Below, in pieces: positions 13,643-27,000 of a DNA stretch of 64,000 bases. The number at the start of each line of letters is the position of its first letter. Position 1 is the stretch's first letter. The notes below the pieces were generated by a model. The model had not been told where the DNA came from and did not search any database. It was given only the letters and a program-made list of their open reading frames with translations. The DNA is from Albugo candida (taxonomy: Eukaryota), in the NCBI GenBank assembly GCA_040437565.1, contig JBDOQK010000072.1, positions 62,001 through 126,000 of the forward strand, read 5' to 3'. A program made the position numbers and the translations under genes.

Positions 13643-14506
13643 AACTTAATGCGTCATGGTGAAATAATGAGAAGTACGCAGTTTCCAAATCAAGGAAAAT
13701 GCAATTGGGGTGCAGAAGAAAACGTAGCTATTAGTCTCTTCTGCCCAAACACCGCTGGTCCGGACACTCTGGCCCACAACATGCTTCCAACAATTCGGCG
13801 ATAATACATTTGCTTGTACTGCCGGGCTCCATGTTAATCTGGTTCAAGCTTTGATGAATTTAGCTATAGCTGTATTTGTCATCGGCAGTTGGATAGGTGC
13901 GGGTAGCACCGAGATTCTGGCCTTTGAGTTTTTGCACTTGGATGTCCCACATATTTTGAAAGCAAATCCGTACATGAACGCCACATATGTGTCAGCTTTA
14001 TATATTATACATCAATATCGCATATCGACCACCATATATTACTGAGTGTTAACTAATGGAAACTAAAATGGAATAGCTGCTCATATCATTGACCGATGCA
14101 GTTCTTTCCCCCATTTTCAAGTGCGCAGAGATGAATCTAAATTTTATGTAGCAATTATACATGGGCGTTTTGGGGATGAATTTAGCTCAGGCTCTGACTT
14201 GTAGCTTTCGAAAATCCCTGTAGTGATGTCATCCGTGGCAGCCGTCTCGTTTTGCATATTTACTCACACGACTGAAATGACTTGTTCCTACTTTTTGTTC
14301 ATTAAAAATATAGCATTTCTTACTCAGTGAATGCTCTCCCTTGCTATCATGATTTCCGATTGCCATAGGATGGCAGCGAGGTTGACAAGCTCGATAGAAA
14401 AAGACCGTCATTATCGAGATCAGAATTGATCGGAAATAAACCAACCAGAATCATTCATACTTCACTCTATTATTGGCTGAAATCACCTGCAACGGCCAGA
14501 ATCAAA

Positions 14507-14907
14507 ATGAACGATCTTGAATCACATAAAGCAAATGTGAAATCAGCCATTCCGTCGGAGTACAAAATCTCAGAAAAGTGGGACAAATGCTTTGAAAACT
14601 TTCTCTTACATTTTTCAGCTGGTGCAGTTGCCGGCGGATTGACCTCCTTAGTTCTTGCTCGTATGAGGATGTATAAAAATCAAATGGTGCACTTACTAAA
14701 GTTTTCTACTTAGGAAGCGGATTGGCTCGTGGACTCATCACTGGATTTGGCGCAGGTGCTGGAAGCGGTTCAAGCTGGACTGTTTGCCAAATGGCTTTTC
14801 GTGGCGATGCGGATGCCGAGGGGAAGCTGGATGAAGCCGATCGTGTGATCGAGGATATACAACGGCGAGCAGTACATTCAGTTGATGATAGAGTAGAGGA
14901 ATTGTAA
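14507..14907 (+). CDS. MIC10: MICOS complex subunit Mic10 (2 exons; intron 14661-14713)
   Basis: SEYKISEKWDKCFENF followed by two Gly-rich TM segments (AGAVAGG; GFGAGAGSG). Removing the GT..AG intron joins the two ORFs in frame (LAR|SGLARG). Confidence 0.88.
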
Positions 14908-15027
14908 TGTATGAGCAGCATACAGTTGTCGCCTAATAGTAACTAGAAAGAAGTAATCATGTCCGCGGCTTTCATACATGCTTTCTATTTGTTGACCGTG
15001 TGCACATTTTGAACCAATGCACGCACA

Positions 15028-15848
15028 ATGGCAGACACACGTATGAAAAATGTCATTGTCTCCAAACCGATCGCGTACGGTTCTATAGCATCGTATCTTG
15101 GTCGAAAATCCGAAGAAACTAAGACACATCGGTGGACAATCTATCTCCGTGGAATTGAAAATGAAGATCTTTCGTACATGATAAGCAAAGTAGAGATTCA
15201 TCTCCACTCGAGTTTTGCCAATCCTGTTCGAGGTACGTCCAGAAAATTCACTCGGAATCAAGCTTCGTCTGATCGCCATGACGGAATGCTGCAAAGTATT
15301 CACAGAGCCACCATATGAGGTCACAGAGCTCGGATGGGGGGAGTTTGAGACCAAAATTCGGCTTCACTTTCACGATTCCCTGGAAAAACCTGTCGAGATT
15401 CTTCATATGTTGGTGCTGTACCCACCATCCACTCAACCGATCAGCACAAAAAAAGTATGGAAATTTATCGTACTGCAAATTGAACTGATATATGCTTGCA
15501 TGACAGCCAGTGATATCTGAATACTATGATGAACTTGTCTTTCATGAACCGACAGACTTCTCATATCGAAAGCTGATGGCAGGTATGAGGAACTCCAGTC
15601 GATTGGGTGCAGTGATAGAACTAAGTTACCTTCTTTCAGGTCCAGATCGAGCCGCTCCTGACTACCCCTTCCAAGACCAATTTCCTACGTATTCGGATGT
15701 TGCAATACAGAGTCAGCTCACCGGAGCTCACGAACTTATCGCTCAGCAGATACAAGAAACAAAGGATCTCATGCAGTCCTACGAACTGGGGATAAGAGAT
15801 ATCAAAGAGAAGATAGCAGAACGCGGCAAGAAACGGAAATCAGCATGA
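15028..15848 (+). CDS. YAF9: YEATS-domain protein, Yaf9/GAS41-like (multi-exon)
   Basis: KPIAYGS, THRWTIYLRG, LHSSFANP, PPYEVTELGWGEFE and YDELVFHEP, plus a C-terminal coiled coil. Three short GT-AG introns. Confidence 0.92.
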
Positions 15849-15922
15849 CTATCGCATTCAATAAGAGACCAGTTCTGCGAAAACCTTTTCTCTATGCTCT
15901 ATGTTTCCGATCCCATGTGTAC

Positions 15923-17883
15923 TCATGACGAACGTTCTTGAGTGATTTTGACAGCACAAGAACCCAAATGACGGACCGAGCAGACTTGAGTACTCAGTTC
16001 GTGAATTGCGGCTTGTACATTTGAATCCTGGATGTGTCCCGAAAACTCAACAAAGAAATCATACCCTGAACGATCAGTACAATAGATCGATTCGAGGCAG
16101 CAAAGACTGATCCCATGCTCCTTCCATATCGTCAACGCGTCAAGAAGCGAGCCGACCTGATCGCGTATTTTTATACCGATGAATGATTTGTCATTGCCAG
16201 TTGCCGCGGGAAAAGACTTGCCGATTACAAGCATTCGCATATATGCGCTGGAACTTCCTCTGGCATCTACGAAACCGCTCGGGAGCTCAATGTGTTGCAA
16301 CACGTGCAATTGTGCTGCTTGTTCGGTTATAATAGCAACGGTCACATTTTGAGGCGAAATTTCGGATTCTTTCAACTTTGCGACGGCCTCTGATATGCTT
16401 TTGACGGGATCGATAGTGGCCGAGGGCCACAAATTCCCAGCCTGATTTTGCACCTGAGCAATTATCTCGAGCGGAACGTATACTGTCGTGACTGTATTCG
16501 AGCGTAGCATAGTAGGCGGTACACTTCCAGCGATCACCAAATGCTTCGGTAAGATTACCTCTGCAGAAACTTTGACTGTCCCACGAAGAAGCCATGTTTG
16601 CGTCTCTTTGATCATTCCGAGCTGCGAATCTTCGACAGGCACAACTCCGTATGCGATAGAATTATTTTCTACCATCGCGAAAACGTCTCTAATTCCTTTA
16701 TTGCAGAGAAAAGTACTTGATGCAGAGAGACCAAAATGTACTTCAGCAGCCTTCCAAGCAAAAGAAGCAGTTTCACCAGCCACAGCAACCACCGGACGTT
16801 CTAAACGAGCCAACAAATATTGAACCTCGACTTCTTTCGTTAAAGGCATCACGAAATCACGATATAGATCCGAGATCAATTGTGGATCAACCTTGAAAGC
16901 AGATCTCTCGTCACCACTCTCCGTTCTTGAAATACTGATATCTTGACCATAGGTTGATGCTTTGAGTTTTACACGTTCTAACACTTTCTACGAATTCTGA
17001 GGTGGTCAGCACGCACTCGTATATATCAGAAAGTACTTTGTACCTTTTCAACTGCACGGTTTGTCAAAGTTTCCAAAATGCCCGGTCCATCGTTTGTCTC
17101 GATCAGTTTTGTGTACTTTTCTTTTTCTGCTTGAAATTTGGCTTCGGCAATGAATTTTCCATGGTGAATACGCTTACTTAAAGCTTGTAATACTGCAATA
17201 TCTGCAGTAGTTGCAGAGCCAAATGTTGTCGAATCTGTTCCTTCTGCAGCTATGCCAGGCAAAATGTGCTGCAAGTAGACATTCATTATTTGCGAATTCA
17301 CATTGATCGTATTCGGTTTGAGTATTTGGGGGTAATCGACAGCCGGCAGAATCGGTTCGGGTAAATGGTGAGGGTAAAATGCATGCTCATCTGGAGAAGT
17401 GTAACGTCGGGCCAGTGCATGCAGCCTTTCTGTCTCAATGAGCAGGCAATCCTAAACGATCAGCCATTATATGCGTTATTGCGTTAGAAGAAGATTTAGA
17501 AAATACACCAGTACCAGAAGGCTTCCCTGAAAATCAGCAAACCTGCCTCGAAAGCTTCCAAACGCGGCATGCTTGCTATGTGAATCGCTTATCAGAATAA
17601 GTAATGTTGTCTTTGGTATACAAGAGACTCCTTCACCTTTCACTTCCTTTCATATAGCTTTCTCGATTCTGCGGGTATTGCGCGCGCTCAATCAGAGCAA
17701 AAATGATTGTTTCTTCTTGTCTAATTTCAAATGGTTGCAGTTTAGTCACGACGAAACACAACAACGGATATTGCATGCAGTAGAGCAAAACGCTACGAAC
17801 CGAATGAGTGCATTGCGGAAATTGTCGAGTTCAATCGGTTTGTTTGGGTCAGAGAAAACAACATTGTATGGAGTCCTATTCAT
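15923..17883 (-). CDS. Eukaryote-type chorismate mutase (Aro7-like) fused to prephenate dehydratase-like and ACT domains (multi-exon)
   Basis: ATG at 17883. Spliced exons give LDNFRNALIRQEETIIFALIERAQY, RRYTSPDEHAF, LQALSKRIHHGKFIAEAKF and PLTKEVEVQYLLARL (CM). This continues in frame into YGVVPVEDS (PDT-like) and DQVGSLLDAL...LES..YDFFVEFSGH (ACT). Confidence 0.9.
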
Positions 17884-18172
17884 CGCCAGCAGATAAGTAC
17901 GATTATGCACGTTTGACCAAATTCAATTGACTGGAGCTGCACTTGATACGTTGTGAGAAATGGCGTCGGATCGAAATCGACCCAATTTCTTCCGTTTTAA
18001 TGTCTCAAAGGCATAGAATATCTGGTCGTGGCATACGGAAGCTAGGTATATGAGATAGGAAGCTATTATGGCGTTACTTTCTAGATCCTGATGACACAAA
18101 CTGTATTGAAAACCTGCAGCTGTGAAATTATTAGAAAAAAGCGATTGAGTACAATGCCATTCGCTAGAAAAA

Positions 18173-19255
18173 TTAAAATGCTGTGCTATTGAACGGCTTG
18201 GATGAGTCAAGAGATAAACTTGGGGAAAGGCTGGAAGCAGGTGGGATGGTGCTGGTAAGACTAACTTCGGGCTGATTGTCCGAAATAGGAACGTTGGGTA
18301 GAGAAACAGCACTTGATGGAGGAGCAGCAGTACCCGGAGTGTTTGTAAAAGTTGGAGGAATACTGGCTAGAGTTTTGTCCACAGGAAGGACATTGACTAG
18401 AGAAGTTGTCGAATCGTTTGGAGGAAATACGACTGGTGGCGACACGCTCAGAGCCTGATTAGTCCGGGGATCGACTGAATGTAATGTCGGTCGGGTGGTA
18501 GGTGCTGCAGTTGAGGTTGAAGGACTAGATGGAAATATCAAATTACTTCCTGCGTCGCCATTCTCGGTCCGAGTCTCTGATACGGGCTGACCAATTACTG
18601 CACCAGACTGACCATATACTTCACCAGGATTGGAGATGGACCCATCAAATGCGGTTTTATTGGTCGCGGTTTCAACGCCGGATGGAGAAATAGAGCTGCC
18701 AGCTAAAATCGTGTACAACTTTCCAGGGTACTTGACTAACGAAGATTTTATTGAGTATCTGTGTTCCCGGCCAGCCCTACCTGAGCTCCAAAGGGCATGC
18801 ATTGTGAAAAGACTCATCTTCATGGTAGTTGTGCTTTCCAGATTCACATTCATACAGTCCGCCTCGCGCACCATGCTCAAAGCCATCCTTCCGTAACGAT
18901 GAGAGCCATTGGCGTCGATTCTTTCGAATTTGTTGGCCATTAAGTCTCTTTCAATTGCGCTGACTGAGTAATGTGTGAATCGATCCATATACGACGCTCC
19001 CGCTTGTACTTTGAGTATCTGTGATTCAGGCTTGAAGTACGCAAGAACTGAATGCGCCATGACTGGACTAGCTATACCAACTCCAAGTGTACCGGCCACG
19101 CGAACACCAATCGAAGCAGGAATTGCAAGTGCAGCAAGGCCGCCCAACACAGCACCCCCAGCTGCAAGACCAAACCAAGCTGCAGAGCGATGCAGTTTCA
19201 TTTTGCAGAAAAACACAGCATCTGTGTCGTTAACAATCGTGATGTATGATCCCAT
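18173..19255 (-). CDS. Uncharacterised 360-aa protein with Gly/Ala-rich hydrophobic N-terminal domain and Ser/Thr/Pro-rich tail
   Basis: Uninterrupted ATG-initiated 360-codon ORF. Hydrophobic segment WFGLAAGGAVLGGLAALAIPASIGVRVAGTLGVGIA and a mucin-like C-terminal ~170 aa. Confidence 0.75.
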   Translation of the reverse strand: MGSYITIVNDTDAVFFCKMKLHRSAAWFGLAAGGAVLGGLAALAIPASIGVRVAGTLGVGIASPVMAHSVLAYFKPESQILKVQAGASYMDRFTHYSVSAIERDLMANKFERIDANGSHRYGRMALSMVREADCMNVNLESTTTMKMSLFTMHALWSSGRAGREHRYSIKSSLVKYPGKLYTILAGSSISPSGVETATNKTAFDGSISNPGEVYGQSGAVIGQPVSETRTENGDAGSNLIFPSSPSTSTAAPTTRPTLHSVDPRTNQALSVSPPVVFPPNDSTTSLVNVLPVDKTLASIPPTFTNTPGTAAPPSSAVSLPNVPISDNQPEVSLTSTIPPASSLSPSLSLDSSKPFNSTAF

Positions 19256-22200
19256 TGCTGCTGTATAGCTCTTTGAACCACAGATGAAGTTGAAAAATGA
19301 ATATAAAGATCAAATCGAAAGATTGGTATGTGTTTCCCGCATCTCCGGTATCAGCATTATATTTCCACTCAATAATCACGACAGCATGTGAGTCTAACGC
19401 TCAAGTACAATTCACGAAAAATGTGTGCAACTTCTTACTGCGACTCGCGACAGTGTCCACCCCTTGCTGTGTATTGGATTATGGAGGTAATTTCTGTAAC
19501 TTTGAACATTCAGTCGTCCTGCTGGAGCTCGCGGTAGTGACCGAGTGAGCATCGCACAGCATAATCGGATTGAGAGTCAATGATCATGGCGAGTACCTTG
19601 CCTCCTGATGCTCTAATCTCCGAGCAGACGGCAGCGAAACTTCAATTAATTTCGCTCTAGCACGTCCCATTTGACGATAACATACACTAGGCTGAATTAA
19701 ATATTATCGTATAAATTATTGCAACTGGATTTGAATCTCCACATAAGTAGTTACATAATCAAAACGCTGTATCGTCTTGCTCTACTTGATTGATTAACTG
19801 AATTTATTTGTGACTGAATTCTTATAATTCAATATAGTCGGTCAAAGAAGGATGCTGGTGCACAAAATCAACCTAATGCGAAGCGATTAGGGAGTAGCAT
19901 TTCGATAAAAAATGAGCTACCATGTGTGCAACATGATGCAGAGATTAAAAATAGAAACACATATCTTCATTACTAAAGTAGAGTATAAGCTCAAATTCCC
20001 CTAATGCAGTACAACTTTTACAATACAACAAAAGGGAACATAAAAAACATATATAAAATGTATAAATTTTCGACAGGTTTGCCCGGCAAGACTGCTAATG
20101 CAGTGCACTCGCAAATAATCACGTTTCTGTGATAAATATCGACTGTACTTTTATCGGCATGTGACCGTATGCTCTACTGATCATATTTCGATAACGACAT
20201 GTCTTCACAAATGAGCTTTAGAATGCCCGAGCTGAAGTGGATTCTTGAAGATGTGTCAGCTTCTGTTGTGCTTCCTTAACTTCCGCTGCAAGCACGAGAA
20301 AATCATGATGGCAAGCAAAGAAACGCTGACAAGATTCGTCAACCAGGACGAATAGGCCAGCTTTCTACGTTGCTCTGCATCAGCCCCAAAACTTCGGGTG
20401 TATAGATGGTTTGCTTGCCAATCATATCATGCATTCGATATTGACTTGAAAAAATAGTAACTACCCCATTTGATACGATCGTTAATTAACTGCACGGCTT
20501 ATATCAGATTGATAACACGATCAGCCAATGTCCTTCTCCATCCAATTTGCACGCAAATCTATATCCTTGGTTAACAGTACTGACTCCGCGCAGAACAGCG
20601 TCAAGAGCAAATTTAACATGTGCTACGTACCGAACATGCAAATTTAAAATAAATGCCGACACAAGAATTGCTTGCCAAGGCATTGAAATTGGAATTTATA
20701 AGGGCGCAGTGTTTCCAATTGGTTCGAGCCCGATGGCTCCGTCCAGAGGCTTTATCACGGTGAAGTCGCCACGCACCATCAATCTTTTCCGAGGGACTAG
20801 CTAGGTCAAAATCTATGCGCCAAATTTGTATACTTTTCAGCTTCATGCACTTTAATCTTGCCTATAAAAAAGAAGAGTGGAACGATCAGCTGCTCGCACA
20901 ACACGGGGAGCAACGTGAAGCAAGCATATGGCGTCTATAAAGATGAAGCGTGTCGGAGGAGATGACGTTATGCGCAAGTCTTCTTCGCTTGCTACTGCGC
21001 AGTAAAACAGCCGACCCTTTGAATGATTGCGGATAGCCTCTTTCCACACGCTCCTTAAATATAACCTTCTCCGATGCGTACGCAAGACGACATAACCTTA
21101 TGTCGTAATGTTTTCATGTTGGACGAGAAGCTGATCGCTCGCAGCATTTTCCTCTTCAATATCAAATATATAAGTGCATCATAAAAGCATAAAGAGAAAG
21201 TTGCAGCAAATCAAAGAGTAACTTCATCAGCTCAATCAAGAAGCCGCCAAACCCGAATCAAAGTAAATTGTTCAAGTTGTGCATTGGAAAAGAAACTTTG
21301 ACAAGCCGAAGCGGATCCAGCCCAAGAAGATTGTATGAAGACAGCTACATTTGCGCCCGATGTTGGTAAGGTAGACATACAAGGTCAGCAGTGTGCAGTG
21401 GCTCACTACCTTCCAGCGCATATCGAAATATGGTATTAAAACGTATAAAAACGCCGACTATTTGTACTTCCATGGTCAGAAGTAATGTGCAGTGACTCGA
21501 CAAGCACTGGCACACTGGTTGAATATTGCAATGTACCTGTTTAAATCCCCGTGATAAAACGTTCAAGACGAAAAGGATGTGAGTGTGTACATCCAAGGTC
21601 AAAAGTAATGTGCGATAGCTCATCTTCTACCATCGCATTCCCGTAAGGTGGAAAGTCAATACAAACCTCAGCATGACAAGCATGACTTTGTGTATGCAAC
21701 AACGTAATGTACGGTGGCTTTTAATGCCCCAGCGTTGCTGAAAGCAAGAAAGAAAGGAATGTTCACTATCACAACTTGATCGAAAAAATCCCAATACGAC
21801 AAGTATGATAACGAGTGTGTAGGCATGGCAAAAGTGTTTGGGGACTCATCACCCACCTATACATTATTGAAACACTGTAGCGTGTATCATGAAAGGATGT
21901 CATCGCACGATAAGGGTCACAGTGTATGTGCAACGAAGTTACCAGAAATGCACGGCGGCTTATCACGCAGCAGCGCATATCAGGATTCTGGGTGTACATT
22001 ATACTAATTTGGCCAGAGTCATTTCAGCAGGAAGATATCATTATTCAAGTGCAGTCGCGATCATCAGAAAGGTAGTGTTTATCACCCACCATCGCACTGC
22101 GGATCATTGAAGAACAATTTTGCAACTCGGACTAGGACGTCTCACCTCGATAAGTAAGAGAGTTCAGTGTAGAGCAATTGTAAGTTATGTATGATGACTT

Positions 22201-24037
22201 AATACTCTCAAGCTCGCTGCCTAAAAATCACGAAGTACATTATCACAATCAAGTCTGAGATGTCTAAAACAGGACAGCGATGAGATAACATGCAATAAAG
22301 CTAGCGGATTCTCCCCTGTCAGCAAATTATATTGATATTCTTGTCAGTTCTTCACCATTATATGGGAAAGAATTGAAGCTAAAGATGGCATATTGCCAAT
22401 GAAGATTAAAAGCTTGAACGCAACGATATGGTTTGCTCCGAGGAAGCCGTCTCGTCGGTGAGTGATACTATACATGCGAATACAATTGCGATATTTCCCT
22501 GCTGTATTCATGCAACACTCATGATTTCTTCTATCATCCGTGTGTTGATGGAAGATTATTGTGCGATATGTTTTCATCAGATACGTTGTGGATAGTTCAG
22601 CAATTAGTACACTGGTGCTCGTTCTTGTTCTATAGTGAAAGTTTTGAGTGGTCAGATATTGAGCCAACACAAGAAGTGATATTGTGTCGATTTGATAATT
22701 CTTGGAGAAGAGAACTATGCGGACATGCACCTGAACAAAGCCAGTATGAAAAAATTTGACTTGGATTGGAGTGAAAAATAAGAGACTGTCTGTATTGCTG
22801 GCGGTTGATCCTATTCCAATCTGATTGTCGCAGCTCAACCGCACACGCCATCCACTACATTATAGAAGTGAGTGTTGACACTACTTGCATCACATTGGAG
22901 CTTGTACCGATAAGCCACCAGATGGTCGAGAGCGAGGATTGAAAATTGATGGCGGAGTCAAAGGAAACATCAATTTTGCTTGTCTCTCGATAGTGGTTGT
23001 GAATAGTTGGTGAGTACCTTTTATTTTATCGCTTGTTTGGTGGTGAATAAATCGTCGGTTTTGGCCCAGAGTCGATCTTACATCCTTACTTAACGTGCGC
23101 GTCTAATGAAAATTTCCTGGAGCAGCAGCTAGTCCAAGAAATATTGAAAAAGTAAGAACTGCAGCAGGCAGTAAAATATTGAAATAATTTGCAGTATGTC
23201 ATATCTATTCCCATGGTCCAATGAAGCATCGACTTGCCGATAGATTAGACGATTTACACACTTTCGATTGCTGTCAGCGGCATGTCAGAGCAGGTTTAGT
23301 GTGCATGCGTACTGCTGAGGAGAGTCACTACCAATTTTTTTTCATGCTTTGATATGATATTAGTTACCTGTAAAATATTCTGTTGTACATATCAATCATT
23401 TGTAGCATAAACACAGAACATGTTCAGAATCCAAGACTATATTGTTTGGTATAAGGCTGCTGTATTTTGTTGTATAGCATTTCATCACCGGTTGCAAAAT
23501 ATTATTTCCACTGCTGATTCTAGAATTTTTTTATGCATTCTGGTGAGAGCATGTTCTTGGGGTTCACTACCATTTTATGCGTAACTGATTGTTCCTGATG
23601 CCAAATGAGAGGGTACCAAGGATTGACGTGCAACATACTCACTAATGTCCGACATCGCCATGATTGTAACACACTTTGATACGACTGAAGAACGACAACG
23701 TGCATGCGAAGCCAAGATGGCCTTGTCACAGCCTGATATTCTATAAACATATGGCTATACTCAATGATCAACGTCATGTCTTGCAGGTAGTGCCAAAATT
23801 TCTCAATTTATTGACTGCGACACCGCAGCACTCAACGACACTGCTTAGACAGGATCTTCTTCGTTTTAACCATAAAAGCTAGCGATCGAAGTCGTCAGTG
23901 GACCAAGCGCAACATCGAGAAAAGATAGCATTTTTTTGGAAAATCCGGTAGCTGATTACCCACTCAACAGTACATATATGTCTGGTTGACCTATATGTTC
24001 AGGACTTCCAAGTCGTGGAACTTTGACCGGAGAAAGA

Positions 24038-27000
24038 CTACGCTCGGACTTCATAGATACTTAGTCTATACTGATTATGACGTTCTCGTTGTATGTTCTC
24101 TTTAGTAGATCGGGTAAGTTTTGGAATCATTATAATTGCAGACATCTTGAATGCCAGTAGAATGTGTTCGACCAAAAATACCATGCAAATACGCAACGTT
24201 TCATTCGACTGTAACACTGGAAACCACAATTCAAGCTGACTCGTTGTATAAAAAAGATGTAGAGAATTGGTACCAATAGCAATAACTGACATAAGCTGTA
24301 GCACAGAGCCCCATATTCCGATATCGCTTGCATTGTGAGATCGAGGTCGTTGTTTCACATGACATAATTTATATGCATCCAATCGAAGCTTGAGCAAATT
24401 GTTGCACAGCGCAAAAAAAGGAGCTAGTGGGAATACGATGGAGAAAAAGGTCACGTATCCAAACTGAAGAATCATTTCCGTGAAGTCTTGGAACGTGTCG
24501 TATGGTGCCCGCTGAGCTTGTTCCCATGCAGGATCACTTGCTTGAGCAATCCGCGAACATGCAATAAGAGTCGACCTACCCCATCTGTTTGAAGCTCGAT
24601 GGGTTTGCTCTAAAGGGTTTTGTTGATCGGTTAGAAGGGAATCCATATGAAGCAGAAAGGAATCTTGCTGAACATGCTTTTTCTTTCGAAGTGCGAGCCA
24701 AAGTTCAAGAAACGACAAAAGCGTTTTACAGCTTTGGCCAAGGATCATGAGAGTAGCAAGTTGCATTGACAATCGTAGAAAACGCGAAGATTGCTGAGTA
24801 GGTGCAACATGTTGAGGATTCTCAGCTGTAGAGGCAAAGGTGTAATAATACAAGGACGCGAAAACGTGAACGAATCGAAAAGCAAATACTTTTACAATCA
24901 GATGATTCTGGTACCGTGATTCGGTCGCATGATTTTCCCAATTGGTCATCCATCGCGCACATGCGGTGTAGCATATATCCAAAAATGGTATCAGAAGCCC
25001 ATACAGAATGGGTGTCAATAAGAAGTAAAACCAAAAGCCTGAGCCCAGATGTAATTTGAGGAGTTGTGGGAGTACGGACCAAGAAAATGTACCGGTTCTC
25101 CATAATTTAACAAAAGACGCGACAATACTGTCGGCGCTCGCTTTTATTTCCAGATAGTTCATTTCTAGGCGATCACGTTCCGCAAATCCAGCACATGTGA
25201 GCAACGCTAGGAGTATGACACTCGAGATTATCATGAAACTGGACACTGATAGCTTGATCGCGTGCAAGCAAGTCACATAATACTTCTTTGGACCTTTCAT
25301 GCTGTCAGAGTTGACATGGAATTCGGGTCTGGTTACCTCCTCTTCCTCAACTCCTAATGAGCCCCAACTATGCGCCAAAACAGCTGCTTTTCTCTTCCAT
25401 GCAAGCAAGAACGTAGAAGACCATATTACTAAAAACACGGCATACAGTGGTGCTAAAGGATGGTCAGGAGAATTGGTTTTTGTCTGTACTATGAATAACG
25501 CGATTCCAAACAAGCTCGGGAGGACGAGCCATCTGGTATACATTTCTGTCCAAGCGAAATAGAATGCAATCTTCCCTCCAAAGTAGTGAGCCACTTGCTC
25601 AATAGGCTGCTGTAAAACATCGGAGACGGTTTGTTTGACTCTATCGAATGACGATTTCAAGTGCTGAACACTTTTTGACCCGTATGGAGTCTCGATAGGG
25701 CTCCTATCACGAGACAAAAGGGTAGCCCGAGTCTCCGCTTGTGTAACACGATAGCGCCAGTACGTGATCCATCGGCTCTGAAGTCGTCTAAGTTGATTGA
25801 AGTTATGCAAAGGAAAAATAGCATCGAAATATTTGGTTTTCAGCATGCAAAATGCATTGAATCCGGCACCGTGCTGCGAAGGATCCCATGTCAGAAGTGC
25901 GTACACTATACGTTGCTTTTCCGCATCCGAAAAATACACAACTTTTGACTTTTTGTCGTAGTCTTTCAAAGTTTCTCGTATGTCTGATGCAAATTGCACC
26001 CAGCCGCAGCCCCCTCGTTGCAATTTTCTCACTCGTAGCTTTTCTGCACCAAATTCCAGGAGAGGTTGAGGAGCCCGGACTTTGAGAAGCCATTGTTTTC
26101 TGTCTATTGAGAGCAAACATTGAACTTCTAGACCAATTTCGCATATCCTATGAGCGACCATCTGATGTGGTTTAGTCGGAATTATATTTTTTTGCGTGAA
26201 TCCTGAATCATAGCGCAAATTTAGAGGATGTGCTGCTTCGCTGTTAGTCGATTTTTTCGTACAGTGTTCGTATGCATCATAACATGCAAAATCCGCGTTG
26301 GATATTTCGACTCCACCGATCTCTGGTCCCTGCTGATACTTCGATGGTTTGAGCAAGATAGCAATGTCATACTTCTCGTCTTCATCTACAAGTAAGGATG
26401 ATTTTGTATAGAGCTCTTCTCCCTCTTCAGTACCACTAGAGAAGACTGGGGGACATTGTAGATCGATAGAAACGCTTTTGTCCTCACTACGAAACTGAGT
26501 ACGAACCCAAANNNNNNNNNNNNNNNNNNNNNNNNNNNNNNNNNNNNNNNNNNNNNNNNNNNNNNNNNNNNNNNNNNNNNNNNNNNNNNNNNNNNNNNNN
26601 NNNNNNNNNNNCCCAGATGTAATTTGAGGAGTTGTGGGAGTACGGACCAAGAAAATGTACCGGTTCTCCATAATTTAACAAAAGACGCGACAATACTGTC
26701 GGCGCTCGCTTTTATTTCCAGATAGTTCATTTCTAGGCGATCACGTTCCGCAAATCCAGCACATGTGAGCAACGCTAGGAGTATGACACTCGAGATTATC
26801 ATGAAACTGGACACTGATAGCTTGATCGCGTGCAAGCAAGTCACATAATACTTCTTTGGACCTTTCATGCTGTCAGAGTTGACATGGAATTCGGGTCTGG
26901 TTACCTCCTCTTCCTCAACTCCTAATGAGCCCCAACTATGCGCCAAAACAGCTGCTTTTCTCTTCCATGCAAGCAAGAACGTAGAAGACCATATTACTAA

